Below, piece after piece: positions 9,563 to 18,966 of a DNA stretch of 64,000 nucleotides; within the stretch, counting starts at the first letter, position 1, and each line of letters starts with the position of its first letter. A program made the position numbers and the translations under genes. Below the pieces are notes generated by a model, which made no database searches, was not told the origin of the DNA, and was given only the letters and a program-made list of their open reading frames with translations. This DNA comes from Candidatus Parcubacteria bacterium. GTDB taxonomy: Bacteria > Patescibacteriota > Minisyncoccia > Phycocordibacterales > PALSA-1337. Location of the stretch: NCBI GenBank assembly GCA_028286835.1, contig JAQBQT010000027.1:14442-78441 (forward strand). The letters are read 5' to 3'.

Positions 9563-10627
9563 CTACTCTACGATGCCTCCCCCCAGGCATCGTTCGCCGT
9601 CATAGGCCACGAATGATTGTCCCGGAGCGACCGCTTCGGGAGCATGCTCGAATTCAAGCTCGGCCGTATTCCCCTGCGCGGAGATCAGCCGGACATTTTC
9701 CAGCGGCTGTCGGTATCTGACCCTTCCCTGAAATACGTGGTTGATATGAGGCTCGCTGCCGATCCAATTCGTGCGCGAGAGCTTCACTCGTGCGCTTCCT
9801 GCCGACTCGGCAGCGATATCCTTCCTGTTCGAAACAGTGATGGTGTTCGCCTCGGCATCCTTGCCGATGACGTAGTAGGCCGCATCGTTCGGCGTCGTAT
9901 GCGCGACCGAAAAGCCCCGGCGCTCGCCGATGGTAAAAAGAAGCGCTCCAGGGTGCGTGCCTATCTCCTGCCCCGCTTCATTCAGAACCTTTCCGGGAAC
10001 GGCTGGGATGTAGTGCTGCAGGAATTCTTTCACGTCGATCTTGCCCATGAAGCAGAGGCCCTGGCTGTCTTTCTTCTCCGCATTCGGCAGGCCGAATTTC
10101 GCGGCGAGCTTGCGTACCTGGGGCTTAATGAGATGCCCTACCGGAAAAAGCACGTGCTTAAGATCATCCGGCGTGAGGGTCCACAAGAAATACGATTGAT
10201 CCTTGTTCGCATCCGCGCCCATGAAGAGCTTGCCGTCCTTGGTCTGAGCATAATGTCCGGTGGCGATATAGTCGGCTCCCTGTCCTTTCGCCCATTTCCA
10301 GAATGCACCGAATTTTATCTCGCGGTTGCACATGACGTCCGGGTTCGGCGTGCGGCCGGCGCGGTACTCGGCGATCATATAATCTATGACGCCCTGCTTG
10401 TATTCTTTTTCGAGATCGAGAGTCACGAATGGGATGTCGAGATGGGCGGCGGCGCGCATGGCATCGAGGCGCTCCTCGCGCCAATTGCATTCGATCCAGT
10501 CCGGCTGCCAGACTTTGATGAATACTCCAGTGACATCGTAGCCGGCTTTTTTGAGCAGGGCTGCAGAGACAGAGCTGTCGACTCCGCCTGACATCCCTAC
10601 AAATGCTTTTTTGCCTGAATGATTCAT
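9563..10627 (-). CDS. mnmA: tRNA 2-thiouridylase MnmA
   Basis: GMSGGVDSSV, TPNPDVMCN, ATGHYA, KDQSYFL, DSQGLCF. Confidence 0.98.
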   Translation of the reverse strand: MNHSGKKAFVGMSGGVDSSVSAALLKKAGYDVTGVFIKVWQPDWIECNWREERLDAMRAAAHLDIPFVTLDLEKEYKQGVIDYMIAEYRAGRTPNPDVMCNREIKFGAFWKWAKGQGADYIATGHYAQTKDGKLFMGADANKDQSYFLWTLTPDDLKHVLFPVGHLIKPQVRKLAAKFGLPNAEKKDSQGLCFMGKIDVKEFLQHYIPAVPGKVLNEAGQEIGTHPGALLFTIGERRGFSVAHTTPNDAAYYVIGKDAEANTITVSNRKDIAAESAGSARVKLSRTNWIGSEPHINHVFQGRVRYRQPLENVRLISAQGNTAELEFEHAPEAVAPGQSFVAYDGERCLGGGIVE

Positions 10628-10658
10628 GAATTCCCTGAACTCTGACGCACTTCCCGGA

Positions 10659-11615
10659 CTATTTCAAGTACTTCATGTTTGCCACGTGTCCGTCGAGATC
10701 AGCGGCAAAATGCGTGCGGCCGTCTGTGCCCGACAGAAAAAACCAATACGGAGTGATTGTGGGGTTTATGGTATCGACGATGGCATCGAGGCCGGGATTG
10801 TCGATGGGGCCCGGCGGCAGTCCGAGATGCTTGTAGAGGTTGTATGGCGAGCTCGTAGCTAGATCGCGCACCGTGAGCTGAGCCGACGTCTTGCCAAGGA
10901 TATAGAAGAAAGGCGCGTCCACTTGGAGGGCCATGCCGTTCGCCATGCGCTTCCAGAGTATGCCTGCGATGATGCGGCGATCCTTGCTCGATGTCGCCTC
11001 TTCTTCCACAAGCGACGCCATGGTCAGGACGCTTTTGAATGTTATGCCTGAATTGCCAGCAAGCTCCTTCGGCACGCTGATGTTCTTTGTCCGGTTATCG
11101 AAATTCGTGCGCATCGCCGCTATGGCGTCCTCGGGCGTCGTATTCTTGTCGAAGAAATACGTATCCGGGAAGAGATATCCTTCGAGCGGTCGCGCGAGCT
11201 TCAGGAATGCCTTGTCATCGAAAGTAGGAATGTCTTTCTTGATGGCACGGGCGACATCGGGAGAAGCTAGGCCTTCAGGGATGGTGACCTTGATCTGCGG
11301 CACTCCCTTGAGCCCCTTGGCAAGCCTGTATGCGATGCGCAGAACGGATTCCGATTCGCCGAAGAAATAATTGCCGGTCTGGACCCCTCCCGCCTTTCCC
11401 AGGATATTCACATATGCCTTGAACAGGATCGTGGACTTGATCATCCCGTTATCGAAAAGCTTCTGGGCGGTATCGGTGATCGAAGTCCCTTCCTTGACCG
11501 AGAGCGTGACGCCCTGCGGGAATTCGCTCGGCGCCGCAGAGCCGACCGCGACGATGCCGATCCCGATGAGGATCAATGCGAACAATCCCCCTGCCCCGAT
11601 GATGAGTTTCTTCAT
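10659..11615 (-). CDS. mltG: endolytic transglycosylase MltG
   Basis: N-terminal TM, VTIPEG, LEGYLFPDTY, ASLVEEE, SPYNLYKHLGLPPGPI. Confidence 0.95.
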   Translation of the reverse strand: MKKLIIGAGGLFALILIGIGIVAVGSAAPSEFPQGVTLSVKEGTSITDTAQKLFDNGMIKSTILFKAYVNILGKAGGVQTGNYFFGESESVLRIAYRLAKGLKGVPQIKVTIPEGLASPDVARAIKKDIPTFDDKAFLKLARPLEGYLFPDTYFFDKNTTPEDAIAAMRTNFDNRTKNISVPKELAGNSGITFKSVLTMASLVEEEATSSKDRRIIAGILWKRMANGMALQVDAPFFYILGKTSAQLTVRDLATSSPYNLYKHLGLPPGPIDNPGLDAIVDTINPTITPYWFFLSGTDGRTHFAADLDGHVANMKYLK

Positions 11616-11630
11616 GCGTACTGTGTATTC

Positions 11631-12926
11631 TTATACGGGAAGATTGCCCGGAGCGGTGCCTTTCTTGGAAGGAACGCGGTCGAGGCTCGGAGTCGCGGCA
11701 ACTGAGCCCGGGAAGTGGTAGATAGTGGCGAGCTCTTCCGTATTCATGACCATAGTCTTGGATTTATACGGCGGATAGAAGGCTGAGCGGCGGCGATATG
11801 CCATGAGGACGCGCTTGGAATAATAATTGCGCTTCGTGTCCTTGTAATCCTCCCACGGATAATCAAGCTGGCCTGGGATCTGTTTGCCGCCTGGCTTGAA
11901 TCCATTCAGGTGCTCGGCATTGAATTGCTTCATGCTCGAAATGCAGCCGCCGATGCCGAACGGAGTGTCGAACGATGAGCGCTTGGCGATATAGAGGGCC
12001 CGGACGCACACGTCGAACGGCAGCTTGGTGAGCTTGCGCTCGATGGCCGTAACGATATCCTGTTCGCCGCCGGAAATGAGCGGACGCTTGGTGACGATCT
12101 TGGTCGTGCCGTCAGGATTCGTCTGAACCTCTTCAGTTCCTTGGAACTTGGACTTCGGGTCACGCATGAGGAGCTTGTCTATCTCCTTGGCCGTCTCCTC
12201 TCTGTAGAGGTCCGCCTTCGTCCAGAATGTTCCCGGCTTCTTCTGGTCCTTCTTGTGGGCGCGCACGACGAACTGGAACCATGCCTGCTCGTTCGGGCGC
12301 AGGCTGCCGAGCCACTCGATGAGATGGGTCAGAGGGTCGATCTTGAATTCTTCCTTGGGGTCCTTGTCGAGGCCATAGTCGACATAAGTCTTTATGGGAT
12401 AAGGGTTGGCTTTCGTGAATGCGAATTCAGATGCCCATATCTTCCAGACTTTCGGATCGAACTGCACTGACTTTGCATAGTCTTCCTGTTCCGAGATCTC
12501 GATGCCCGGGTACTGCGAATACAGCGCCGACATGAGATTGTTCTTGCGGCGGTCTTCGGTCCAGATCATGAATTTGACCTCGCCTTCGACGGACATGATC
12601 TCAAGCGAATACCATGGGCGGGTCTCGCCTTTCCAAAGCTGGGCGAATTCGCTTCCGTCTGACGTATTATGGAGGGCATGAAGAACAGTCTCCATTGCCA
12701 GGGGTGATTTGAAAGTGTCCTTGGGCAGTTTGAGCTCAAGCAGCGTGTATTTGATGCTATTGAAATTCTTCAGGCGCACATATCGCATCCATACGTTGCA
12801 GAATATGGCCGTAAGGCCGACCGCCATGAGTATTGGCGACACCGGGATGAAATAATGGAGGATGACGGGCAGGAGCGACGAGTTGAAAGCGCTACTCAGG
12901 AAGTTAGAAAGTTCCGCATAGGTCAT
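11631..12926 (-). CDS. conserved membrane protein (CPR-type, DUF8128-like)
   Basis: N-terminal TM; LLELKLP, SLEI, YSQYP..EI, YPIKTY, EELATIYHFP motifs; start 12926 from TGCTATACT 7 nt upstream (ORF track start 12953). Confidence 0.7.
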   Translation of the reverse strand: MTYAELSNFLSSAFNSSLLPVILHYFIPVSPILMAVGLTAIFCNVWMRYVRLKNFNSIKYTLLELKLPKDTFKSPLAMETVLHALHNTSDGSEFAQLWKGETRPWYSLEIMSVEGEVKFMIWTEDRRKNNLMSALYSQYPGIEISEQEDYAKSVQFDPKVWKIWASEFAFTKANPYPIKTYVDYGLDKDPKEEFKIDPLTHLIEWLGSLRPNEQAWFQFVVRAHKKDQKKPGTFWTKADLYREETAKEIDKLLMRDPKSKFQGTEEVQTNPDGTTKIVTKRPLISGGEQDIVTAIERKLTKLPFDVCVRALYIAKRSSFDTPFGIGGCISSMKQFNAEHLNGFKPGGKQIPGQLDYPWEDYKDTKRNYYSKRVLMAYRRRSAFYPPYKSKTMVMNTEELATIYHFPGSVAATPSLDRVPSKKGTAPGNLPV

Positions 12927-12952
12927 GGGGAGAAGTATAGCAAAATAGAACA

Positions 12953-13059
12953 AAGAGCGATATCAGGTTTCGCGACCGGCATCGCCATCTGCTGATGGCG
13001 TGCCTACTTCTCGGCTCTCTTCGAGCCTCCGAAAGTTCGCTCTACCCGATATCGCTCTT
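12953..13059 (-). ncRNA. structured intergenic element, copy B (same fold as 3806-3923)
   Basis: aagagcgatatc (12953-12964) / gatatcgctctt (13048-13059) enclosing hairpins 12978-13004 and 13006-13036. Confidence 0.6.
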
Positions 13060-13092
13060 CATCCTATCTGACTATGCACCTCTTCCCCATGC

Positions 13093-14130
13093 TTAACCGA
13101 GTACCGAGTACTTGCTGTCCTTGTCGCGCTTGAAATACTTCGGATTCTGGAGGTTGACTGCGATGGTGTTCTCCTTGACGTAGCGCTCCTTCATGACCTT
13201 GGCGACTATCTCGTCCTTGGTGAGAGGCCCGCTCTTCTCGAGGATGTGCTTGATGACATCGCGGACGATGCCCGGAGAGTAGCCCCATTCTGCGAGAGCG
13301 TAGAGGCCGCGTCCGACGAGGACGAAGCGCTTATCCTTGATGAGCTCGTTGTGGGTCGTCGCTACATGGGCCTTCTTGTTGAAAAGCTTTTCGATCTGAG
13401 CGGCGACGTCGCGAAAGTGGATCGGCGATCCGTGCTTCCTGATGACGAGGAATGCGTAGTCGCGGACGCCCTTGGTGTGGATGTTCGATGAATTTGTCGC
13501 ACCCCATTCGCCGAGGGCGTTGCGTCCGATCTTCTTGGATATTGAAAGCCAGCGGCGCATGATCTCCTGGTTCTTATAGCGCTCTGAGACTTCCTCGAGG
13601 TGCTGGAGGAGGCGGTTGACCATCTCTGATTCAGGAAGAAGGTCCTCGCTTGAGAGATTTCCGTAGAGCTTCTGGAGGGCATCCTCGACTTTCTTGGCGA
13701 GGGCCTCATTCACGTGCCAGCGATGGCGGAAGTCGTCATCCTCGCGGCGCTTTTTGAAAGGCTCGCCGACCGACAACAGGAAATGGATATGATTCTGGAG
13801 GCCATGCTCCTTGGAGATGTGGCCGAGGAAGTCCTCTTCGACGACGACGCCTCCGAGGGAGTGGAGGAGGGTCTCGATCTCCGCGAAAGCTGCGCGCTCC
13901 TGCTTGAATTCGTCGGACTTGCGGATGACGCCGAGAGCGTAGTTCTCGATCTGGCGGACGCGCTCGCGAGTGATGCCGTATTTCTTGCCGATGGCGTCGA
14001 GGGTCATACGCTTCTCCTCCTTTCCGAGGCCGTAACGGAACACGATGATCTCGCGGGCGCGATCGGGCAATGAGGCCAAAAGGCGCTTCACGACCTGCTT
14101 TGGTTTGAACGATACGGGTGAGGTGGGCAT
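13093..14130 (-). CDS. sigma70 region-4 HTH + HARE-HTH (RNAP delta-like) DNA-binding protein
   Basis: RYGL...TLDAIGKKYGITRERVRQIE at the N-terminus; HNELIKDKRFVLVGRGLYAL winged helix at the C-terminus; no sigma region 2. Confidence 0.8.
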   Translation of the reverse strand: MPTSPVSFKPKQVVKRLLASLPDRAREIIVFRYGLGKEEKRMTLDAIGKKYGITRERVRQIENYALGVIRKSDEFKQERAAFAEIETLLHSLGGVVVEEDFLGHISKEHGLQNHIHFLLSVGEPFKKRREDDDFRHRWHVNEALAKKVEDALQKLYGNLSSEDLLPESEMVNRLLQHLEEVSERYKNQEIMRRWLSISKKIGRNALGEWGATNSSNIHTKGVRDYAFLVIRKHGSPIHFRDVAAQIEKLFNKKAHVATTHNELIKDKRFVLVGRGLYALAEWGYSPGIVRDVIKHILEKSGPLTKDEIVAKVMKERYVKENTIAVNLQNPKYFKRDKDSKYSVLG

Positions 14131-14187
14131 GGATATGGTTAAATGATGTAATAATACCTTACCATTTAGTTTGCTGAATTGTCAACA

Positions 14188-17100
14188 TTATGCCGTTACT
14201 ATGTTGACGAGCTTCCCGGGCACCGCTATGACTCTCTGAATTACCTTGTCCTTGAGCCATTTTTCGGCCTCCGGAGCCGATTTTGCCGCCTTTTCGAGCT
14301 CCTCCTTCCCCGCCCCGGAAGGGGCAATAAACGACCCCCTGGTCTTGCCGTTTATCTGCAGAATGATGGTGGCTGTAGCCTCGACTAGAAGCGCGGGATC
14401 GAAGATCGGCCACTCCGAAACGTGAACGGATTTCTTGTTGCCGATATCAGTCCAAAGCTCTTCGGTCACGTGCGGCGCGAAGGGTGCGAGGAGCTTCAGA
14501 TACGTCTCTAGAGTATGGCGGTCCAGGCTCTCGCTCTTTTCGAGCTCGTTGAGCGCGATCATCAGCGTGCTGATGGCGGTATTGAAACGCAGGGACTGAA
14601 TGTCATCCGTGACCTTCTTTATGGCCTTGTGAAGGATGCGGTCATTCTCTGCCGAACTCTTCCCCGCGCCGACCCTCTCAGCTAGTTTCCAAACCCGCTC
14701 GATGAAGCGTCTCGATCCCACCATGCTCTGGGTGCTCCAGGCGATGGCCTGATCGAACGGGCCCATGAACATCTCATATATGCGCAGCGTGTCGGCGCCG
14801 AATTGCTTCACAATGTCGTCCGGATTGACCACATTGCCGAAACGCTTGGACATCTTCCTGCCGTCTTCGGCCATGATGAGCCCGACCGACTGCAATTTCT
14901 TGAATGGTTCGATGCCTGATACCGCTCCGATGTCATACAGGAATTTATGCCAGAAGCGTGCGTAGATGAGGTGGCGTGTGGCATGCTCCGCTCCGCCCAC
15001 GTAAAGGTCGACTGGCGACCAATATTTCTCTTTTGCCGGATCGACGAAGGCCTTCTTGTTATCCGGGTCCATGAATCGCAGGTAATACCAGGAAGATCCC
15101 GCCCACTGCGGCATGGTGTTCGTTTCGCGTTTGGCTTTTCCTTTGCACTGTGGGCACTTCACATTGACCCAGGAATCGATGGCCGCGAGCGGCGACTCGC
15201 CTGTTCCGGTCGGCTCATAGAATTTCACTTTCGGGAGCTTCACAGGCAGATCCTTTTCAGGCACTGCGACCACTCCGCATTCCGGGCAGTGGATGAGCGG
15301 TATCGGCTCGCCCCAATATCGCTGGCGCGAGAAGACCCAGTCGCGGAGCTTGTACTTCACGACTTTCTTCCCGTATTTCTGGACCATCTCCTCCTTGTCT
15401 TCAAGCTTTGTGTCGATAATGGGCAGGTTGTAGACCTTGGCAAACTGGGCATCGCGCTCGTCATGCGAAGGCACTGCCATGACTGCTCCAGTGGCGTAAT
15501 CCGCCAGCACATAGTCCGCTATCCATACAGGAACCTTCTCTCCATTGGCGGGATTGATGGCGCAAAGGCCCTTGAGCTCGACGCCGGTTTTTTCTTTTGT
15601 GCCATCAGTGCGTTCTATGTCGGTCTTTGATTTGGCCCGATCGATGTACGCCTCAACTTCTGCCCTATTGTCTATAAGATCGAGGAATTCCTTCACCCAA
15701 AAATGCTCGGGGGCAAGAACGAGATATGTCACGCCGAAGATGGTGTCCGGACGGGTGGTGAAGACTGCGGCCTTCGGAGTGCAGCATTCGAGGATGGATG
15801 GTTCTTGGGCGCCAGTGAAGTGTTTCTCTACTGCGTCGACTTCGATAACGCCTGCTGATAGCTTCGTACCAAGGTATTTTATGTATTCTGAACGATGAAT
15901 CTCTTTGGTATCAGAGAGGAGTGCGATCCTGCCGCTTGTGAGCTTTTTGATCTGCTCAAAGTCATAGTTCCATGAGAAGTTTGAATGATACGGTCGCTCC
16001 TTTGACTCCTTATTGAAATTCGGTTCGATCGCAGGCGCTACTAAGACCAAGCCGGAGATCTGCTTATTTGATTTCATCAGCGCCTTTAGGGCAGAAACGC
16101 AGCCGAGGCTATGCGCGATGATCACAGTGTTTTTGTCTAACGTGCAGTTCTTGAGGATGAAGTCGACTTGCTCGCTCTCTTTTGGATCATTCGGATTCGG
16201 CAAAGCCGGCGCCTGGACTTCATGACCCTTCTTCTCAAATTCCGTCTTGAGCCATGGGAAGAAATCATCAGCCGGACTTCCTTTGTATCCATGGATGAGC
16301 ACATAGCGTGACTTTTTCTTTGTCAGAGCGAGCTCGAAATCGATCTCAGCCCCTTCGCTCCTTCCGATCCAATTGCGCTGGGCTTCCTTGATCGATTCGG
16401 GCCATTCGAGGAGCGGCTTGATCTCCTGCTTCTTCGCGCCGGTATACAGATCCCAGAGGTACTTCATGTCCTCATGATTGAGGAACTTCTGAACTTCCGC
16501 AGGTGAAAGCCACATCGGATCCTGGAGGTCTTTCTCTTCCTGCGATATATCGGTGCGCTCCCCGTCCTTCAATTCAAAATATCCGCAGACATAATGGGCA
16601 TGACGATTGACTTGTTTGATCACCTGGTAGAAACGGGTGTCCACCTTTCCGACTTCCCTGACGAACCGGACGTTTTTGAAACCAGTCTCTTCTTGTATCT
16701 CGCGTACTCCTGCCGTTCCCATATCTTCGCCTTTCTCGATGCCGCCTATCACAAAGCCCTGCCAGTTGGTGGCTTTCCAGTTCACGCACAGGTATTTGTC
16801 TTCGGACCAATGCCTGATGATGCACACAGCCGCATCACGTTCGATGAACGGCTCGTTTTCATGCGCGGCGCCCTTGCCTTCTCTGGCCGTTACGACCGGT
16901 ATTCCGCCTGTCGCATCGAGGTCCTTGAGCAGCCTGTCAGCATAGTCAGTGATCTTCAGGACCCACTGCCTCATCGGCTTCTTTTCGACGAGCGTGCCGC
17001 AGCGCTCGCATCGGCCGTCCTCAACGTCCTCATTGGCGAGGACCGTCTTATCCGTCGGGCACCAGTTCACTGGCTCGAATGACTCGAAGGCTAAGCCCTT

Positions 17101-17568
17101 CTTGAACATCTGCAAAAAGATCCATTGGGTCCACTTATAGAACTTGGGGTCGGTCGTGTTGACCTCGCGGGACCAATCATAGTCGAAGCCCAAGAGCTCA
17201 AGCTGCTCTTTATAGTGCGCGACGTTCTTGGCGACGGAATCAGCTGGGTTGGTCTTGGTCTTGATGGCGTAGTTCTCGGCGGGCAGGCCGAATGCGTCGA
17301 AGCCCATGGGATGGAGCACATTCATGCCCTGCATGCGCTTCATGCGCGATACGACATCGGTCGCTATATAGCCTTTCGGATGGCCGACATGGAGACCCTC
17401 GCCCGACGGATATGGGAACATGTCGAGCACATAGAATTTGTCCTTGGCGTCCTTGGATTCGGTCGAGCGGTAGACCTTCGACGATGCCCATTTCTTCTGC
17501 CACTTCTTTTCTATCTTGGCCGGGTCATAGGCTTCCTTGGCGGCGCGGGCAGGCGTGGGTTTCTTCAT
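14188..17568 (-). CDS. leuS: leucine--tRNA ligase with inserted Nudix and alpha/beta-hydrolase domains
   Basis: LDMFPYPSGEGLHVGH, FTTRPDT, RDWVFSRQRYWGEPIP, KMSKR; two extra domains; start 17568 from TATGAT upstream (ORF track 17580). Confidence 0.97.
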   Translation of the reverse strand: MKKPTPARAAKEAYDPAKIEKKWQKKWASSKVYRSTESKDAKDKFYVLDMFPYPSGEGLHVGHPKGYIATDVVSRMKRMQGMNVLHPMGFDAFGLPAENYAIKTKTNPADSVAKNVAHYKEQLELLGFDYDWSREVNTTDPKFYKWTQWIFLQMFKKGLAFESFEPVNWCPTDKTVLANEDVEDGRCERCGTLVEKKPMRQWVLKITDYADRLLKDLDATGGIPVVTAREGKGAAHENEPFIERDAAVCIIRHWSEDKYLCVNWKATNWQGFVIGGIEKGEDMGTAGVREIQEETGFKNVRFVREVGKVDTRFYQVIKQVNRHAHYVCGYFELKDGERTDISQEEKDLQDPMWLSPAEVQKFLNHEDMKYLWDLYTGAKKQEIKPLLEWPESIKEAQRNWIGRSEGAEIDFELALTKKKSRYVLIHGYKGSPADDFFPWLKTEFEKKGHEVQAPALPNPNDPKESEQVDFILKNCTLDKNTVIIAHSLGCVSALKALMKSNKQISGLVLVAPAIEPNFNKESKERPYHSNFSWNYDFEQIKKLTSGRIALLSDTKEIHRSEYIKYLGTKLSAGVIEVDAVEKHFTGAQEPSILECCTPKAAVFTTRPDTIFGVTYLVLAPEHFWVKEFLDLIDNRAEVEAYIDRAKSKTDIERTDGTKEKTGVELKGLCAINPANGEKVPVWIADYVLADYATGAVMAVPSHDERDAQFAKVYNLPIIDTKLEDKEEMVQKYGKKVVKYKLRDWVFSRQRYWGEPIPLIHCPECGVVAVPEKDLPVKLPKVKFYEPTGTGESPLAAIDSWVNVKCPQCKGKAKRETNTMPQWAGSSWYYLRFMDPDNKKAFVDPAKEKYWSPVDLYVGGAEHATRHLIYARFWHKFLYDIGAVSGIEPFKKLQSVGLIMAEDGRKMSKRFGNVVNPDDIVKQFGADTLRIYEMFMGPFDQAIAWSTQSMVGSRRFIERVWKLAERVGAGKSSAENDRILHKAIKKVTDDIQSLRFNTAISTLMIALNELEKSESLDRHTLETYLKLLAPFAPHVTEELWTDIGNKKSVHVSEWPIFDPALLVEATATIILQINGKTRGSFIAPSGAGKEELEKAAKSAPEAEKWLKDKVIQRVIAVPGKLVNIVTA

Positions 17569-17602
17569 GGCTTCAATCATAGCCTAAAGGCACCGAATAT
17601 TC

Positions 17603-17633
17603 AAAATAAAAAAGCACCTCGTCAAAGGTGCTT
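17603..17633 (-). terminator. intrinsic terminator after the carbonic anhydrase gene
   Basis: aagcacct/aggtgctt stem with an A-run on the plus strand. Confidence 0.7.
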
Positions 17634-17651
17634 CGTGTCTGTTGTAATCAA

Positions 17652-18761
17652 CTATCCTTTTAGGGCCAGATCAGCCTCGCTCAGCTTCACCGGTATGAAG
17701 AGCCGAGTATTCTGATTCATGGTACCCGCGGCTATTTCCAATCGAGGCATCTTGAATGCATGATCAAGCTTCTTAAGCCTGTCCAACTCTTCCTTGACGA
17801 CGTTGTGCAGGAAGTTGGCACGTGAACGGGCCTCGAATTCTGCGCGCTTGCGCTGCGGACCTGTCTCGTCGCGAAAAACTGAAGAAGCCACCAAAAGAAG
17901 ACCGTCTCCTTTGGATATCTTTCCTTGCTTCAGATTTGAAAACAGAATGCTGCACGCTACTTGTATGTGCTTGGCCTTTCCGTCATTGAAGGGACCGACA
18001 ATGAGCATCTGATTCGGCTGGTGATGCCAGTCGAACCCTCTACCGTAGCCGAGGATATTTTCTTTATGGTCGATATCCGCTATGGGCCGATTGATCTTGC
18101 GAACTTCAGCGATATGCCTGACGTTGCCGACGCAGAGCGGAATGAGGCTTTCGATCTTGTCCCGGGTCATGTCCGGATACAATTCCTCTAGCTTCATACG
18201 CAGAGATATGGGGTCTTCAGTGCCGACTTCCGACAAGTCCAGCTTCTTTCCATTGTTGCCATGGAATACCAGCGAATCCTCGTCAGTTTCGATGCCGACT
18301 TGAATGGGATGAACTATTCCATGATCGGCGCCAAATATGTCCTCGATGTCGCGAACAGTACCCTGCGTGTAGGAACGAGCCGCTTTGACATCGCAGCTGA
18401 AACCTTTGCATCCACGGTGGGCAGGATCGCCTTTTGACCAATGATAGGTCACGAGGACGATCGAGCCTGACCGGCCGCTCTCAATGCCGTGATTGATCCA
18501 TTCGGCTAGCACCGCTCCAAACTCGCTTCCGAGGTCGAATTTGCCGCCCAGATCCCGGTATGGCTGAATGATGCCAAGGGGCGTCTGTGTCATGACAGCC
18601 ATGTTGATGCGGCCATCCATGCACTTAAGAGCTGCTATCTGGGCCGTATACGTCTTCCGGTACTGGCGCCTCAAGAGCGTCTGCCCAGGTTCCGTGTATT
18701 TGTTGCTCTGTTCCCGATTGTATTTCAGGAACGAGGTGCTGATCGAATGTGATGTAGGCAT
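17652..18761 (-). CDS. CsoSCA-like (carboxysome-type) beta carbonic anhydrase
   Basis: CMDGR and H-x10-C (HWSKGDPAHRGC) zinc-ligand spacing; alternative TTG start at 18782. Confidence 0.75.
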   Translation of the reverse strand: MPTSHSISTSFLKYNREQSNKYTEPGQTLLRRQYRKTYTAQIAALKCMDGRINMAVMTQTPLGIIQPYRDLGGKFDLGSEFGAVLAEWINHGIESGRSGSIVLVTYHWSKGDPAHRGCKGFSCDVKAARSYTQGTVRDIEDIFGADHGIVHPIQVGIETDEDSLVFHGNNGKKLDLSEVGTEDPISLRMKLEELYPDMTRDKIESLIPLCVGNVRHIAEVRKINRPIADIDHKENILGYGRGFDWHHQPNQMLIVGPFNDGKAKHIQVACSILFSNLKQGKISKGDGLLLVASSVFRDETGPQRKRAEFEARSRANFLHNVVKEELDRLKKLDHAFKMPRLEIAAGTMNQNTRLFIPVKLSEADLALKG

Positions 18762-18911
18762 AAGGATAAAGTTGCGGTTCAAAATGTGCTATTTCTGTTT
18801 TTCCTCCGGTTTGGGGGAAGAAATCAATATAGCCTCATAGCGGCCGGTTCGTCAATACAAAAAGTGACTCTAAATCTTAAACTGCGCGCAGGAAACAGCC
18901 TGTATTATCAG

Positions 18912-18940
18912 TTGACATTAACTAAACAAGATGATACAGT
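18912..18940 (+). promoter_or_regulatory. sigma70-type promoter
   Basis: TTGACA-N17-TACAGT. Confidence 0.6.
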
Positions 18941-18966
18941 ATATAAATAAAGGAGGCTGTTCATTT

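Noticed and set aside
15775-16914. Inteins in LeuRS
   Set aside because: No C/S start with HN end and no LAGLIDADG motifs; the inserts carry Nudix and alpha/beta-hydrolase motifs.
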